A stretch of DNA of 59,437 bases, filler included, from Globobulimina sp. (lineage: Eukaryota): assembly GCA_003354225.1 (NCBI GenBank). It is 11 parts of 11 records of this genome, joined end to end, with 100 filler letters (N's around TTAATTAATTAA, not from the genome) between each part and the next. Parts side by side here need not be neighbours in the genome. Positions count along the whole stretch, not along the records: positions 21,691 to 27,005 come from PIVH01000633.1; positions 27,106 to 32,418 come from PIVH01000634.1; positions 32,519 to 37,826 come from PIVH01000635.1; 8 more parts are not named here. One strand, 5' to 3'. The translations under genes and the position numbers were made by a program. Shown here piece by piece: positions 24,499 through 37,760 of the stretch. Below the pieces are notes generated by a model. The model was not told the origin of the DNA. It ran no database searches and saw only the letters and a list, made by a program, of their open reading frames with translations. The number at the start of each line of letters is the position of its first letter. Within the stretch, counting starts at the first letter, position 1.

Positions 24499-25665
24499 TT
24501 ATCGTGTAACTTTTAATTGTTTAACTTTCGCAAGTAATTGCTTGGCATTTGCATTATTTTTAAAATGTTGTCTGACCGGTTCGATCATTTCATTTAAGGC
24601 TTTGGCCAATGCAGGCTTCAAATCGGCGGGATGCAATTTTAAATCTGCATAATCTTTTTCCAACTCATCGTATGATTTATACACTTTGTTCTCCTCATTC
24701 CTTCGTTGCACGCCAAACACCGCAACCTTTCCAAACACTAAATGTTTGACATAATCTAAAATGGGATTATTCTCAACAACACCCGGCGGCGCATACGCTT
24801 TCTTAATCTTTCTGCGAATGTCATCGGCAGAGTCCTCCATAAAAACGGCAGAGTCGGTCATCGATTTACTCATTTTGTGCTGTCCCTGTTTCAGACCCAT
24901 CAACATGTGATGCGATATCACCACTGGCGGCCTCAGCTCTTTTTTCTTGGCATACTCCCTCGCCAACATATTAACTTTTAATTGGTCCATCCCCAACTGA
25001 CAGATATCTGCCTTCAAAAAGAAAATGTCTGCGCATTGCATGCAGGCATACAACAGATTGGCAGTCGGCATGTCGTCCGATTCTTGTCTGCCTAATATGG
25101 TGCAACACCTTTTCGTGCGCGTAATGCTGAACATTTTGCTGATATCAATCACGCGCAGCCAATACTCGTTGCTGTTATTATTGATATCATCCGAACACCA
25201 CCGAAAATAAACGTGTTTCATATCCATTCCGGCGGCTCGCCATACTTCGATCATATAAGCACCGACAACGCGAATCGCCTCCAAGTCGCCGCCCATTTTA
25301 TTGTTTAAAAGAGCAAACCAGTCAGCAATCCAAAACACAAAATCACAGCCAATCGATGTCAACTTATTCACATTAATCGCCTTTAATATTCCCTGTGCGA
25401 TATGCATTCGTCCCGATGGCTCAAATCCGTCATAGGCAATGGGTCGGCTCTTCTTATTCAAAAATATTAAGCGCAATTCATCCAAACCCACAATATCCTC
25501 ACCAATCGATTCTGCGATGCGCATTCTGCCATTTATATCCATTGATTTATCATTTTCTGCTTTTAATTCTTCTTTTACATCGTCATCAACACCAATCACT
25601 GCTTTATTTTGTACGAATGATATTGTCGAATCTATTTCGGATAAAAGTTTACTTGTTGTTGACAT
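24499..25665 (-). CDS. YARS: Tyrosyl-tRNA synthetase, archaeal/eukaryotic type, intronless
   Basis: AYDGFEPSGRMHIAQG (HIGH-like), YACMQCADI, QLGMDQ, KMSKS. Confidence 0.95.
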   Translation of the reverse strand: MSTTSKLLSEIDSTISFVQNKAVIGVDDDVKEELKAENDKSMDINGRMRIAESIGEDIVGLDELRLIFLNKKSRPIAYDGFEPSGRMHIAQGILKAINVNKLTSIGCDFVFWIADWFALLNNKMGGDLEAIRVVGAYMIEVWRAAGMDMKHVYFRWCSDDINNNSNEYWLRVIDISKMFSITRTKRCCTILGRQESDDMPTANLLYACMQCADIFFLKADICQLGMDQLKVNMLAREYAKKKELRPPVVISHHMLMGLKQGQHKMSKSMTDSAVFMEDSADDIRRKIKKAYAPPGVVENNPILDYVKHLVFGKVAVFGVQRRNEENKVYKSYDELEKDYADLKLHPADLKPALAKALNEMIEPVRQHFKNNANAKQLLAKVKQLKVTR

Positions 25666-25784
25666 CTGTGATCGATTATAATTATATCAACTTCTGTGGT
25701 TATTTATTAGTGATTAAACAACTTAATTGTGAAGAGGATGGAAGAAAGTTAACGTAAGTTTTTGTTGTGATTTTTTTTCGTGTT

Positions 25785-26456
25785 TCATGGCAGCAAAGTA
25801 ACTGAAGACTCCATAATATAAGCGGCTAATCTGTACTTTACATTCTTTCCACTCTTTATATCCAATGTCGCCGCATGCTCATTATTTACAAAAAAATGAA
25901 TAGCTTTGTTTTTCAAATTCAATTCGACTTTAACAATATCACCAACATTATACTTTTTTCCACTATGCAAACGGCCACCTTTTTCAAACAATATTCCATG
26001 GAAACTAAAGGCATAATGATTTGAATCCTTTCCATTGAACCAGGTTTCTGTCCATATTGCATTGGCATCGTCAATTCCTATCGACAATGATGAACATTTA
26101 TTTATTTTTAATTTCCAAATGTAAGTATTGTGATTTTTGTGCGTGTCAATAATTCTGTGGCAATATCCAGTTTGTGCTGCTTGGCATGATATAGTTTTCT
26201 TATCCTCACTTATTTTAATCTGAGATCCTAAGATTTCAAATCTCTCTATAAATGCAAACAAATATATAATGCAATATTCTATGATGGCCTGTGGCATATT
26301 TACATTTTTCAATTTATAATTACGAATGAAGCCAAACACTAAATACTTATCCTTTTGTTGGATATCTTTCAATAACACATTTATTTTATTGCCAATATTG
26401 CGAGAATTAAAGTCAGACGCCATTCTCTCTCCAATAGTCAAACACTCAAAATCCAT
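25785..26456 (-). CDS. SPRY/B30.2-like domain protein
   Basis: WKLKI...IGI...GDIVKVELNL...IHFFVN pattern; N-terminal YLVFGFIR...P..II..C..Y motif. Start ATG inferred. Confidence 0.65.
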   Translation of the reverse strand: MDFECLTIGERMASDFNSRNIGNKINVLLKDIQQKDKYLVFGFIRNYKLKNVNMPQAIIEYCIIYLFAFIERFEILGSQIKISEDKKTISCQAAQTGYCHRIIDTHKNHNTYIWKLKINKCSSLSIGIDDANAIWTETWFNGKDSNHYAFSFHGILFEKGGRLHSGKKYNVGDIVKVELNLKNKAIHFFVNNEHAATLDIKSGKNVKYRLAAYIMESSVTLLP

Positions 26457-26485
26457 TATATCTGTCGACAAAATCCTTTTTGAGA

Positions 26486-27005
26486 ATGGCAGCCACAGAG
26501 TATCACTATCACTATCATAAAAATCTGATATATCAACGAATTGATAAAGCAACATCAGTCAATGATGTTATTCCAATGTTACAATTGATGGAATTGGAAA
26601 TAATAAAAAATATCATAAAAAGTCAGATTGAAACAATAGCATTAAATGATATATCAAACATATTTTATTCGTCATTATCAATTGAAACAATATTACCAAT
26701 GGATGTTATGCAACATATTACATCTTTTAATAATTCAGCAAATATTAAAGCAGTCAGTAATACATTTCATAAATGTTATAAAAAAAATAAAATGATCCAA
26801 TCAAAAGAGAGAGAACAAGAATTTCTATCAATAACACAACAAAATAAAAATGAAAAGAATGAGACTTGGATTGTTGATAAAAAACGAAGAAAATTAAATG
26901 ATAAAGAAATTGAATTAAAATGTAAGGGACCAATTAATAATTTAAAAGATGCACTGACTGAGGTAAAATCTGGTGATAAAATATTAATTTATGATGGAAA
27001 ATATT
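26486..27005 (+). CDS. 3'-truncated hypothetical protein (F-box-like motif, start of a beta-helix-like domain)
   Basis: ILPMDVMQHITSF and NLKDALTEVKSGDKILIYDGKY; runs into the contig end. Confidence 0.5.
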
Positions 27006-27105
27006 NNNNNNNNNNNNNNNNNNNNNNNNNNNNNNNNNNNNNNNNNNNNTTAATTAATTAANNNNNNNNNNNNNNNNNNNNNNNNNNNNNNNNNNNNNNN
27101 NNNNN

Positions 27106-28224
27106 AAGCATTGTTTTCTGATGGTGACTATAAATTAAATTCAATCGATGATGAGTATGATAATCGTATTATTTTCCTCACGGATGCACGACCAAACAGT
27201 GGCAGAACTGACGAAAAATCGTTGTTTGGAATGGTTCAGAAATATGCTGAAAATAAACCAAGTTTCGGGGTGGAATGTGATGAAAATGAATATATTCGAA
27301 ATAGAATTTATACCACAGTTATATGTATATACTATTATATATTTTATTTATTTTGTAATGTTTACATAGTTTATTGGAATTGGGGTTGATTTCAATTCAA
27401 ATTTAATTGAATCAATATCTAAAACAAGAGGTTGTAATTATTATTCAGTGAAATCAAGCAAAGATTTTATGGATAAAATGGATGAAGAATTTATTTTTAT
27501 GGTAACTCCGTTAGTGTTTAATGTATGTTTGAAAATAAATTGTGAAGGGAACCAATGTCGAATTGATAAAGTGTATGGTTCCAGTCATGCAAAATCAAAA
27601 GAGATTATTGAGAATGGGGAGATTTCCAGAATTCATTCTTTGTTTCCATCCAAACGAAGACCACAAAAAAAAGGTGGTGGAACGAAAGGTGGTATACAAT
27701 TAATTAAATTAAAAAAACTGAAGAATGATAATAATAATATGAATGTTGAGTTAATTGTAACGTTTGAAGATAGAAATTGTAAAAAATATAGAAATGAACA
27801 AATTGTGACATTTAAATCGCAAACAGCGGCAATGCCATTGATTAAAAATGATATGATTGAAAATGATGAAGATGAAAAAAGGGAGAATAACAATGAAAAT
27901 ATTAATTTTTATGATAATACAGGAATAAGAAAAGGAATATTAGTTTGTAAATATGTGGAATTAATGCTTGAATGGATCAAAAATACAAAATGTAAAACAT
28001 TGAAAGTTGATGAGAAATATAAAAAATTATTTGTTAACTTTATGGCCCATTTTAAACAAGAAATGGTAAAATGTAATGATAAGGATTTACAAAAAGAACT
28101 TGATTTAATGCAGAAATTGGTCAATTTAAAAACCATAACCACAACAAATGCAAACAATAATAATGCGAATGATGGTGAATATGATTGGGGAGATTTATCA
28201 AAAAGATTAGCAATGTTAAAATGA
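27106..28224 (+). CDS. 5'-truncated von Willebrand factor A domain protein; intron 27318-27369
   Basis: NRIIFLTDARPN; spliced IYTT|FIGIGVDFN. Confidence 0.75.
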
Positions 28225-28410
28225 ATGTACATACATTCAAAAAACTATAAATATTAATTTTGTTGTTAATTATTAATTTATTATTATGTTTGTGTGTAAT
28301 GATTTTGATTGATGAAATATCTTAATTAAAAATCATTTTTAAGTACTAACTGATTTTATAGTATTTATAAAGATAGTTTTCAACTTCAGTCCAAAAAGAC
28401 TAACAAATCA

Positions 28411-31400
28411 ATGTATGGCTGTCTGGTCCGCAATGCAAAAATATTGCGATGGAATTCACTTTCATGCAAATTCAAACCGTTTATCTCAAATACATCCAAC
28501 TTCAAACGAAATTTATCATTGGCAACACTGAATAGCATTACAAAGAACAAAACACCCGTATTGTTGTCACATAAACGATATAATTTCAATCCAAGCTCCA
28601 AAAATCCACATAAAGCAAACGATACAATACACACTGGCTCACTAGGTAAGGCACTGCATCCTTGCGCACATATCCATGTCCTATACATCATACATTTACG
28701 ACATAGGTCAATACGCGGATTCACTGTTCGAACAATGGCAAAATGATCCAAACTCCGTTGAGAAATCATGGCGGGAATATTTTGAGAAATACTATGCATA
28801 TTTCAGTACAGGTGACTTTTTATCCGATGAAGAGGCACCGTCCAATTTATCACACGAGAAAACAACTAAAATGATATCTGATGCGACCAATTTATTAAAA
28901 TTGGTGCGTTCCTACCAATCCTACGGACATTACGTAGCTACATTAGACCCATTAGGTATACTGCATCAAGGCGTGGATCGTAAACAATTTCAGCCGGAAT
29001 TACTGAAAAAAGAACATTGGGGCTTTACAGAGAATGATTATGATCGACCGATATATGTCGGCGATCACTCCCAATTTTTGCAATTAATGGGAGTCGAATC
29101 CCCTATGGTCACACTGCGAGCTGTTGAGCAAAAATTAAAGGAGATTTATTGTGGTAACATAGGTTCGTTCCATACGGAAAAAACAATTAATTCGAAAGTT
29201 AAGTGAAAATTATGTGAATACACAGGCTATCAATATATGCATATTGCGAATTTCGCGAAGAATCAATTTATGCGGAAAACAATTGAGCGCGAAATTGCTG
29301 ATTATCAATGTAGTTCGGAGGAGAAAATCAGAATTTTGGATCGCTTGCTGTGGGCTGAAGAATTTGAGAACTTCTTAGATGTAAAGTATCCGGCTCAAAA
29401 GCGGTTTGGTATCAATGGAGCGGAGAGTTTCGTGCCTTTATTGAAAGAGATCATTGACGAAGGCGCTCGTTTGGGGATCAGCGATTTTGTGATCGGTATG
29501 CCGCATCGAGGCAGGTTGCTATTTCTAGCAACGGTGTTACGTAAGCCGCTATGGCAAATATTTTATGAATTTCGAGGGTTGGCAGTGCCGTGGGAGCAGA
29601 TTGGTGATAGTGGCGATGTCAAGTATCATTTAGGACACTCATTAGATAGATCGACGCCGGATGGCTTATCTGTGCATTTGTCATTGTTCCCGAACCCGTC
29701 GCATTTAGAAGCTGTGGATCCTGTGGTTATGGGCAAAACGCGCGCAAAACAATACTTTAATAAAGATAGCAATCGCAGCAAAACCTGCGCCATTGTTATA
29801 CATGGCGATGCTTCGTTTAGTGGACAGGGCGTTGTCTATGAGTCTATGGCCTTGACAGATTTACCTAAATATACCACAGGTTTTCAACGTTGCATAAGCC
29901 TTTTTGCCCAGAAACGGTTTAAATATATCTGACCTTTGAAACATGTACAATTTAAAGGTCAGATAAATCGTTTCTTGGTTTAGTAGTTTTAGAGTGTTTT
30001 CCAAGTAAGTTTTTGTACAAATACGCAGGTGGCGTGGTGCATGTCATCGTGAATAACCAGATTGGATTCACCACCGATGCCTACTCTTCTCGCTCCAGTC
30101 CATATTGCACAGACGTGGCTCGCTCCGTAGCCTCTCCCATATTGCATGTGAATGGAGACGATCCAGAAGCAGTGACCAAATGTGCCAAAATTGCCATGCG
30201 ATATCGGCAACAATTTAAGTGTGACTCCGTCATTGATATGTTATGCTTTCGGCGGTATGGCCATAATGAAGGGGATGAACCAATGTTCACTCAGCCATTA
30301 ATGTACAAAGTGATCAATGAGAAGGTGAAAAGTAAAAACATTGTGACTGAAAATTATATAAACAAGTTGCTGAACGAAGGAGTGTTGAATGAGAATGAAA
30401 TTAAAAATATCAAGGATAAGATTGGAACGATCATGAAAGATAACTATGAATTGTCTGCGAATAAAGAAGACATTGAAAGTGAATTACGGGCAGATTGGCT
30501 GGGTGCAAACTGGAGTGATATTAAAGGGAAATACGAAGAAGATGTCAGTGATTGGAATAACACATCGATTGAGAAAGATACTGCATTGTATATTGCTGAT
30601 TGTATCTCTCCCAACAATTTCCCGGAGAATTTCACTGTGCACAGGAAATTAAAAAAAATATTAGGTATTAATCATTTGTGTGTACTTTTGTTAATCATTT
30701 GTGACAAATCATGTGTTGTTTAGATGAGCGGAGTAATTCTATATTGCATGAGAATGGAATCATTGATTGGGGGACCTGCGAACAATTAGCTTTTGGCTCA
30801 TTACTGTTGGAAGGTATCCATGTTCGTATAAGCGGGCAAGATTGCGAAAGAGGCACTTTTTCCCATCGACACTGTGTTATTCATGACCAGGACAATAATG
30901 AACAGAGAGTGGAATATATTCCGTTAGCTCAAGGATTAAAAGATAAAGTAACCGGTAAACCGATGGGCGATTTATTCCAGATTTCCAACAGTAATTTATC
31001 AGAGTTTGCAGTGTTGGGATTCGAGTATGGATATTCCAGTGAATCACCGCAATCATTGGTGATTTGGGAAGCGCAGTTTGGTGATTTTGCCAATGGTGCT
31101 CAGGTTATATTTGATCAGTTTATTAGTTCCGGAGAAATTAAGTGGTTGAGGTATATACTTAGATGTTATATAGGTCACATTTTGCAAACTTATAAATGAA
31201 TGTTTGTTGCATATGAATCAGACAAAATGGGTTAGTCATTTTGCTGCCGCATGGATACGAAGGTGGAGGACCAGAACATTCATCCGGTCGAATGGAGAGA
31301 TATTTGCAAATGATGAATGACGATGAATCCGTATTTAATGAAAATGATTGTAAACAATTGCAAGAATGCAATTGGCAGATTGTGAATATCACATCGCCAG

Positions 31401-31969
31401 CAAACTACTTTCATTGTCTACGACGACAAGTACATAGAGATTATCGTAAGCCGTTAATTGCGTTTACGCCCAAGTTTGGACTGCGACATTCTTTGGTTAC
31501 TTCGAGTTTGAATGAATTCATTGGGGGCAGCAAATTTAAGGCGGTTATTCCCGGCAAATGTGATAATAAAAAAGCAGCTGAAAATGTGAAAAAATTGATA
31601 TTTTGTTCTGGGAAAATATGGATTAATTTGGAAGAATATCGATTGAAGGAAAAGATTGATTGTAATGAGATTGTAATTACTCGAATTGAGGAAATTGCGC
31701 CATTTCCATATAGATTAATTCGCGAAGAGATTGAGAAATATCCAAATGCGCAGATTTTTTGGCTGCAAGAAGAACCTAAGAATATGGGCCCATTTTCTTA
31801 TGTTAATCCCAGATTGAATACAACATTAAAAAATTGCAACCCTGATATTAAAATACAATCAGATGGTATTAAATATATTGGCAGAAAAGCAAATGCTTCG
31901 CCGGCCACTGGATATCCGCAGGTTTATAAAGCTGAACATACTGAAATTATTAATCAAGCATTTGAATGA
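28411..31969 (+). CDS. OGDH: 2-oxoglutarate dehydrogenase E1, mitochondrial, 6 exons (introns 28646-28706, 29163-29225, 29880-30028, 30665-30723, 31151-31221)
   Basis: [60 protein letters not shown]; introns restore the frame. Confidence 0.96.
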
Positions 31970-32211
31970 AATGCGTGAATGTGTTTTAATTGAAGCCCTA
32001 TCGCGTATATACCGATTCAAATTCATTCTGGCCTCAAATAATTTGTTGTCTCTGTTGTTATTATTATATATTTAATCAAAAAATTCAATAGATTCACTCA
32101 GTAAATCAATCCGTCAATCATGATACGTACATTTCGTCGAGTTTACACTGACTCTTTTGTTTTTTCTGCACTACACTAGAACTTTTAGTAACTGTTAATT
32201 TACAAAACTTA

Positions 32212-32418
32212 ATGTTTGCTTTCTCAAAGAAGTCAAATGAAATAAATTTAATCCAAACCAATAACAGTAATAACAGTAATAATATCATTAAAGAAGGCTA
32301 TTTAGAGAAAGAATCAGTTCATCTAAAAACATTTAGAAAACGATGGATTGTGTTAACAACGGATTATAAATTATACTCATATAAAAAGTAAAAAATATAT
32401 GCAAATTACACTGAAATT
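32212..32418 (+). pseudogene. PH-domain gene start with in-frame TAA at 32389-32391 (not in the ORF track)
   Basis: IIKEGYLEKESVHLKTFRKRWIVL...LYSYKK*KIYANYTEI. Confidence 0.65.
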
Positions 32419-32518
32419 NNNNNNNNNNNNNNNNNNNNNNNNNNNNNNNNNNNNNNNNNNNNTTAATTAATTAANNNNNNNNNNNNNNNNNNNNNNNNNN
32501 NNNNNNNNNNNNNNNNNN

Positions 32519-32696
32519 AGTCAATGCTAATGTAGAAATGTCAATGCTTGGAAGTTATGCATATTATGATTGGAAGAGCGAGTCCGGAGATATAATCCGA
32601 GTTCGATTGGATTGTAATTTTTGGACAGTTTGTTTTTGGAAAAATGGTGAATTTGTGTTCGAGGCAGAATTGAAAGACAAAAATAAAATCTATTAA
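32519..32696 (+). CDS. 3' fragment of a SPRY-like domain gene
   Basis: SGDIIRVRLDCNFWTVCFWKNG pattern at the contig start. Confidence 0.45.
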
Positions 32697-33016
32697 CGAC
32701 GTATCAGTCTGGATATAACGATTTTAAATTGCTTTGAGTATCAAAACGCAAACTCTATTTTTTTCGAGCTGTTTGATAAAACGTAGTAGGTTTTTTCAAC
32801 TTTAATCTTATCTCAAAACATGACACTGTTCTTACTACAGCAAAAAATGGAACTGAAACCCAGTATTACTCCAAGACAAACCTATTGCAAACCGTTCCTC
32901 AGATAATTGAAAAAATGTATAGAGCTCGATTGAATTTTGTCCCACTACCAACTACTTATTTGTGTAATTTTGTGTTACAATATTCTATGTTTTACAATTT
33001 CTACACAACACAAAAA

Positions 33017-35181
33017 TCAGTTTAATAATGAATCAGCTGTCAGTTGTTGTTGTTGTTGTTGTTTATAATGATATTTGTTTTGAATAGTGACATCATCAAA
33101 GCCCTGTTGAATCATATTGGCAGCGACTTGTAGCAAATGTTGACATTTCTGATAATCGACAAATGTGGGAAACCTAAACGATAAAAAGCGATAACACGAC
33201 AATATGGAATATAATAATTCCACATCGTTTATATCATTCACATCGATATTGATATTGATATTGATATTGATGCCCTCCGTATTTGTAGTTTTCAATTCAT
33301 TCAATCCGATTTGTAAATTATTTTGTACTCTTTGCATGATCTCAATCAGTTGTTTCTCATCAAAATGCAGATAAACCAACTTATCATTTGCCAGATTCAC
33401 GGCCCATTCATGAATAAAGCCGAGAGCCTCAATCGCATTCTGTCTCAGCGGTATTGTGGTGAATATATACTTATCCTTCACTGACAACGGGATATTCTCC
33501 AAAATCTGCGCAATCTGCAACATGTCGTTATAATTTGCGATGAAAAACTCCTTTTTATTGATCTGACAGCGGTCTTTGAAACATTTGATGATATCACTGA
33601 ACCTCAACCATGGAAATTGCTGCGCGATGTCATGGATATGAAGCTCTTCCGGACGCAGACAGGCAATGCCTTGGATTGGTGGCCGTTGTTGCAAATTCTT
33701 GTAAATATATTTGTAATCCCTCAGATTCACACAACTCACAAATCCCTCCTCGTACAGCTTGAACCGACCCGCTCTTCCCGCAATTTGCAGTATTTCCGAA
33801 GTGCTCAACTTGACTTTCTTAAATCCGTTGAATTTCTCCACCGAATAGAACAAAATGCGCTTAATATTCAAGTTCAAGCCCATTCCGATGGCGTCCGACG
33901 ACACCAACACGTCATAGCCGGTGTGCTCATTATTAAATAGCTTTGCTTGCGTCCGTCGGTTTTCTGGCGGCAAACGACCGTAAATCAGCGCACATTTATA
34001 CGCCGTATTGCGCTCAATCTCGTTTTTGATTTTGTACAAATCGCCGCGATTAAAGCCGACGATGCAATCTCCTCTTTGGATGCCCTCATAATTCGTCATC
34101 GGGTTATCCATCCTCAGCGGACATAATCTTTTGTACTTTTTATACTCGATGCTGTCGCCGCACTTTTTCGCTATTTTGGTCACCAACTTCTTCACCGTCT
34201 CGTCGCCGCAAATATGGATTTCCTTCGCATGAACTCCTAACAATGCACGCGTCCACGCCCAGCCACGGTCGTTGCCACATTCGCCCATTAACTGAATCTC
34301 GTCAATGACCGCGACATCGTATTCGGCCTCGAACACGTCGCACATCTCAATGGTGCACGAAGTGTGACTCGCACTCTCATCGCCAAACATCTCTTCGCCA
34401 GTCACCAGACGCGAACATATGCCGTCTTCCAACAGACTTTCATAGATTTCCCAGGCCAGCAATCGCAACGGAGCTTATTCGTAAATTGGAAGTTTTGCTG
34501 TTAATTAATTTATAGAAATATGTACAGTGACAAACATACCGCAATACACTCCGTTCTTTGCCCGTTTTAATGCTTGCAATGCATGGTAGGTTTTGCCTGA
34601 ATTTGTAGGTCCGTAATGATAAATTATTTTGCGTTTTTGGTCTCTGGTCCGAGGATACCATGCTATGTTTGTTTGGCGCTGAAATTTACTGAAATTTCCA
34701 AATGAGACTGACTTAACATTGCGGGTTTAACATATTTAGATTTGGTGCGGGTTCCTGAATGTATTCGTCATCCATTTTATCAATTTTATCCAACTCTTGT
34801 TTGAGAAGTTTTATTTGATCGCAGGAATATTTGGGTTGCTGTACGTTGTTATTATTATTATTATTATTGCCGTTTTGATGGCCATTCAATACCAGTCTGG
34901 ATATGTCATTTGACACTAATCCTAAATGCGAATAGGTCACCAATTTTAGTGCTCGCTTTCTGTCTTTTAATTTCATAAATTCGTCTTTGTTCAAAGTGAG
35001 CTCAGCTATTCGCTCCGATATATTTACACAAGGCGGCTGATCCAATATTAATTATATTGCAATTCAAATTAATACAAAGTGTAAGATGAATGAAACAAAT
35101 GTTTCACAAAACTCGTAGCATTGCTGGTGTCAGAACAGTGCCAAACTGTCTATTTGCGATGACATAAAGCTGTCTCCTCAT
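33017..35181 (-). CDS. SUV3: SUV3-like mitochondrial RNA helicase, 4 exons
   Basis: Spliced [67 protein letters not shown]. Confidence 0.93.
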
Positions 35182-35573
35182 TTCTATTTTTTGCTTTGGT
35201 AACAACCGTTTCTTGTTTTGAAAAAAACCTACTTACATATATATTGTTATATAATACCAACCTGAGATGGGAATTTCAGTCATTGCAATTTATTGATATG
35301 TTGCCATATCAATAAATTGCCACATTTTTTATGGTCAAGAAATTTGCACCAATATTATTGTTGAAAAAAACGCCACAACGTATCGGTATCGACTCTGATG
35401 AAATGACAGTGCTACGACAGTGATATGTATATAAATTAATTTTTTTATTGTGAATTATTAAATTTCAAATAAATCTTTCTGTTGTGACAACTCGAACAGA
35501 AACGTTTGACGCTAAGCAAGAACAGTTTCATGTTTTGAAAAAAACCTACTCACATATATTGCTATAATATAGC

Positions 35574-36671
35574 ATGTCCAACAAATTGATAAATATTATT
35601 GTAAATGGCTACATTCGGAGGCATACAGATATACTACTAATACCAAACGATGTTATCAACATTTGTTGCATGTTTTATTCAAATGGACTTAAACTTTTTA
35701 TTCATTTATCCAAAAACACAGAGATATTTCAAATATATGATGTAAATAGCCGCAAAATATCAAAATTATCGACGTACACAAGATTTCGATCTTGTGCGTC
35801 GTCATTATGCTTTCCATTTTGTTACATCAATAACATATCATCCTATTTGCAAATACCATCACGATGCAATGGATTGGATATTAATTCGAATAAAGTGTAC
35901 GACGGAATTATAGGAATCCAAAGGAAAGAGCTCGAGTTTGGTTCAGCGCATAGAATAAAAAAGCAATACAAGCCATGTATTATGATATTTGACTCGAATA
36001 AGATCGGTCATAACAAACTGAAATATCATCGCTTTTTTTCTACACAAAGCGTACAAGCAACATTTGAGCCATTTATCTTTTGTGAATCTAATGGAATCAT
36101 TCAAGAACATAATGGTTACTTATATCAAATGAAATTTTCTGCAGTTGATCTTACTCACTTTACTCCAAATTTCCATTTTAAAATGATTGAAAGCAATGCT
36201 TTTTGGAATAAACCGCTGGGATATTTATCAATGGCGTATATGCAAAATTGTTCTAAAATATTCGCTATGACATTATGTCAATTACCAAAAACGCAATGTA
36301 AAGTATTTGATTTTGCAAACAATAAATGGAAATCGGTCAAGTCTTTTGATTGTCAGAGAACGGAAGAAAACGCATATAAGCCACTGCATAATGACTATGA
36401 TACAAACATTGTTTATGCAGTTTCTAATAATGGTGGTATTGGCAAATTAGATATGAATCAAAATAAATGGAATACATTGGTGCGGAATAAACATGCAAAC
36501 GTTAAAATGAGTCTTAATTTTGTATTGTGGATGGATAATAAGCATGTTTTATGCTGTTCAGATGCAAATTATTTTGGATATTGTGATTTAAGGACAAAAG
36601 GTACAAAATGGTGTGCAATGTATCATGATAAGCAACGTTCAAAGTTTGTTGATCCAACAGTGTTTTTATAA
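35574..36671 (+). CDS. Hypothetical protein, possible Kelch-like/beta-propeller
   Basis: 365-aa ORF; IVNGYIR...IPNDVINIC..FY N-terminal motif; repeated FD...NKW strand ends. Confidence 0.5.
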   Translation: MSNKLINIIVNGYIRRHTDILLIPNDVINICCMFYSNGLKLFIHLSKNTEIFQIYDVNSRKISKLSTYTRFRSCASSLCFPFCYINNISSYLQIPSRCNGLDINSNKVYDGIIGIQRKELEFGSAHRIKKQYKPCIMIFDSNKIGHNKLKYHRFFSTQSVQATFEPFIFCESNGIIQEHNGYLYQMKFSAVDLTHFTPNFHFKMIESNAFWNKPLGYLSMAYMQNCSKIFAMTLCQLPKTQCKVFDFANNKWKSVKSFDCQRTEENAYKPLHNDYDTNIVYAVSNNGGIGKLDMNQNKWNTLVRNKHANVKMSLNFVLWMDNKHVLCCSDANYFGYCDLRTKGTKWCAMYHDKQRSKFVDPTVFL

Positions 36672-36702
36672 CAATATGAAACTGTAAAATGTAATAAAGT
36701 CT

Positions 36703-37760
36703 TCAGTCGAAACAAAACCAACATAAAGGTACAGCTTCCTCCTCCTCCTTTTTTTTCTTCTTCTTCTTTTTTTTCGAAATATCGTCCAATTGTTTTTTTA
36801 GTTCCACAATCTCCAAATCGTGCTTCCTTTGCAACTCATCCAATATCAAATTATATTTTACTTCCAAATCATGAGCAATTGCCGGCGCAGTGTCACATAT
36901 AACAACACTTTTTTTTATATCACTTATATCCAGTTTTGCACCTTTGGCACTTTGGTGTAATTTCATTAAATATTTCAGCATTTTCTCGTGTCCCTTTGCT
37001 ATGCTTTCTTGTTGTGTGTGATTTGCTAATTCTTGTTCAATTTTTAAAGCGTGATCAGTCGCATCAGATAATGACAGTAAATGTGCGATTTTGTCATTGC
37101 ACTGTTCCAATTCGCTATTTTTGTTTGAAATCTCTTCATTTAAAATATGATTGGACTGCACCGCCCCATCCAACTTATTTTGCAGTTCACCAATCTGACG
37201 AATATAATTCAAATCTTCTTCATCATCGTCATCAGAAAATAAATGGTCAGATCCTATGCTCTGTGCCGCACTGTATACAGTATTTACAAAATATGACAAT
37301 ATCAAATAGCATATACACACATTAATTGCTCCTTTATTGGCGGTATCGGCGAAGGTTTCTTTCTCGGCGACACAGCATTGCCGACGTGGAAACTCAATCT
37401 TTTTCTCGTAATCCTAGTCACGAGCTGTTGCATTCCCTTTTGTTGCACTAACTGCGCTTGCAAGGACTGCACCGTTTGCTGCAATTTCTTGATTTTGAGC
37501 TTTAGTGCCTGCACTGATAAGTCCTCGTTTTTCTTCGCTTTGTTTTTAACGGTTTTGGCAGTTTGGGCGAAGCGCAGAGCTCGGATCGTTTCGTTGCGAT
37601 TATAAATATGCGGCGAACAGGCGACCAACATAATGGTCTTCGAGTTGCCGCCGAGAGAGTCCTTCAGAATGTGCGTTAATGGCGAGTCCCGATAGCCCGG
37701 TTTCTGTCCTTTGGAGAGATAGGAAATAGCGGTGGTCAATGCCGACAAGGAAGAGTGAAC
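36703..37760 (-). CDS. Kinesin, 5'-truncated (end of motor domain + coiled coil), one intron ~37273-37318
   Basis: SSLSAL, YRDSPLTHILKDSLGGNSKT.M...CSP, ETIRALRFA. Confidence 0.9.

Noticed and set aside
24499-25665. Intronless TyrRS as giant-virus derived
   Set aside because: Flanked by host-type genes and no viral hallmark genes; an ordinary protist cytosolic type suffices.
32389-32391. Non-standard genetic code
   Set aside because: TAA, TAG and TGA all terminate conserved genes elsewhere in the window.
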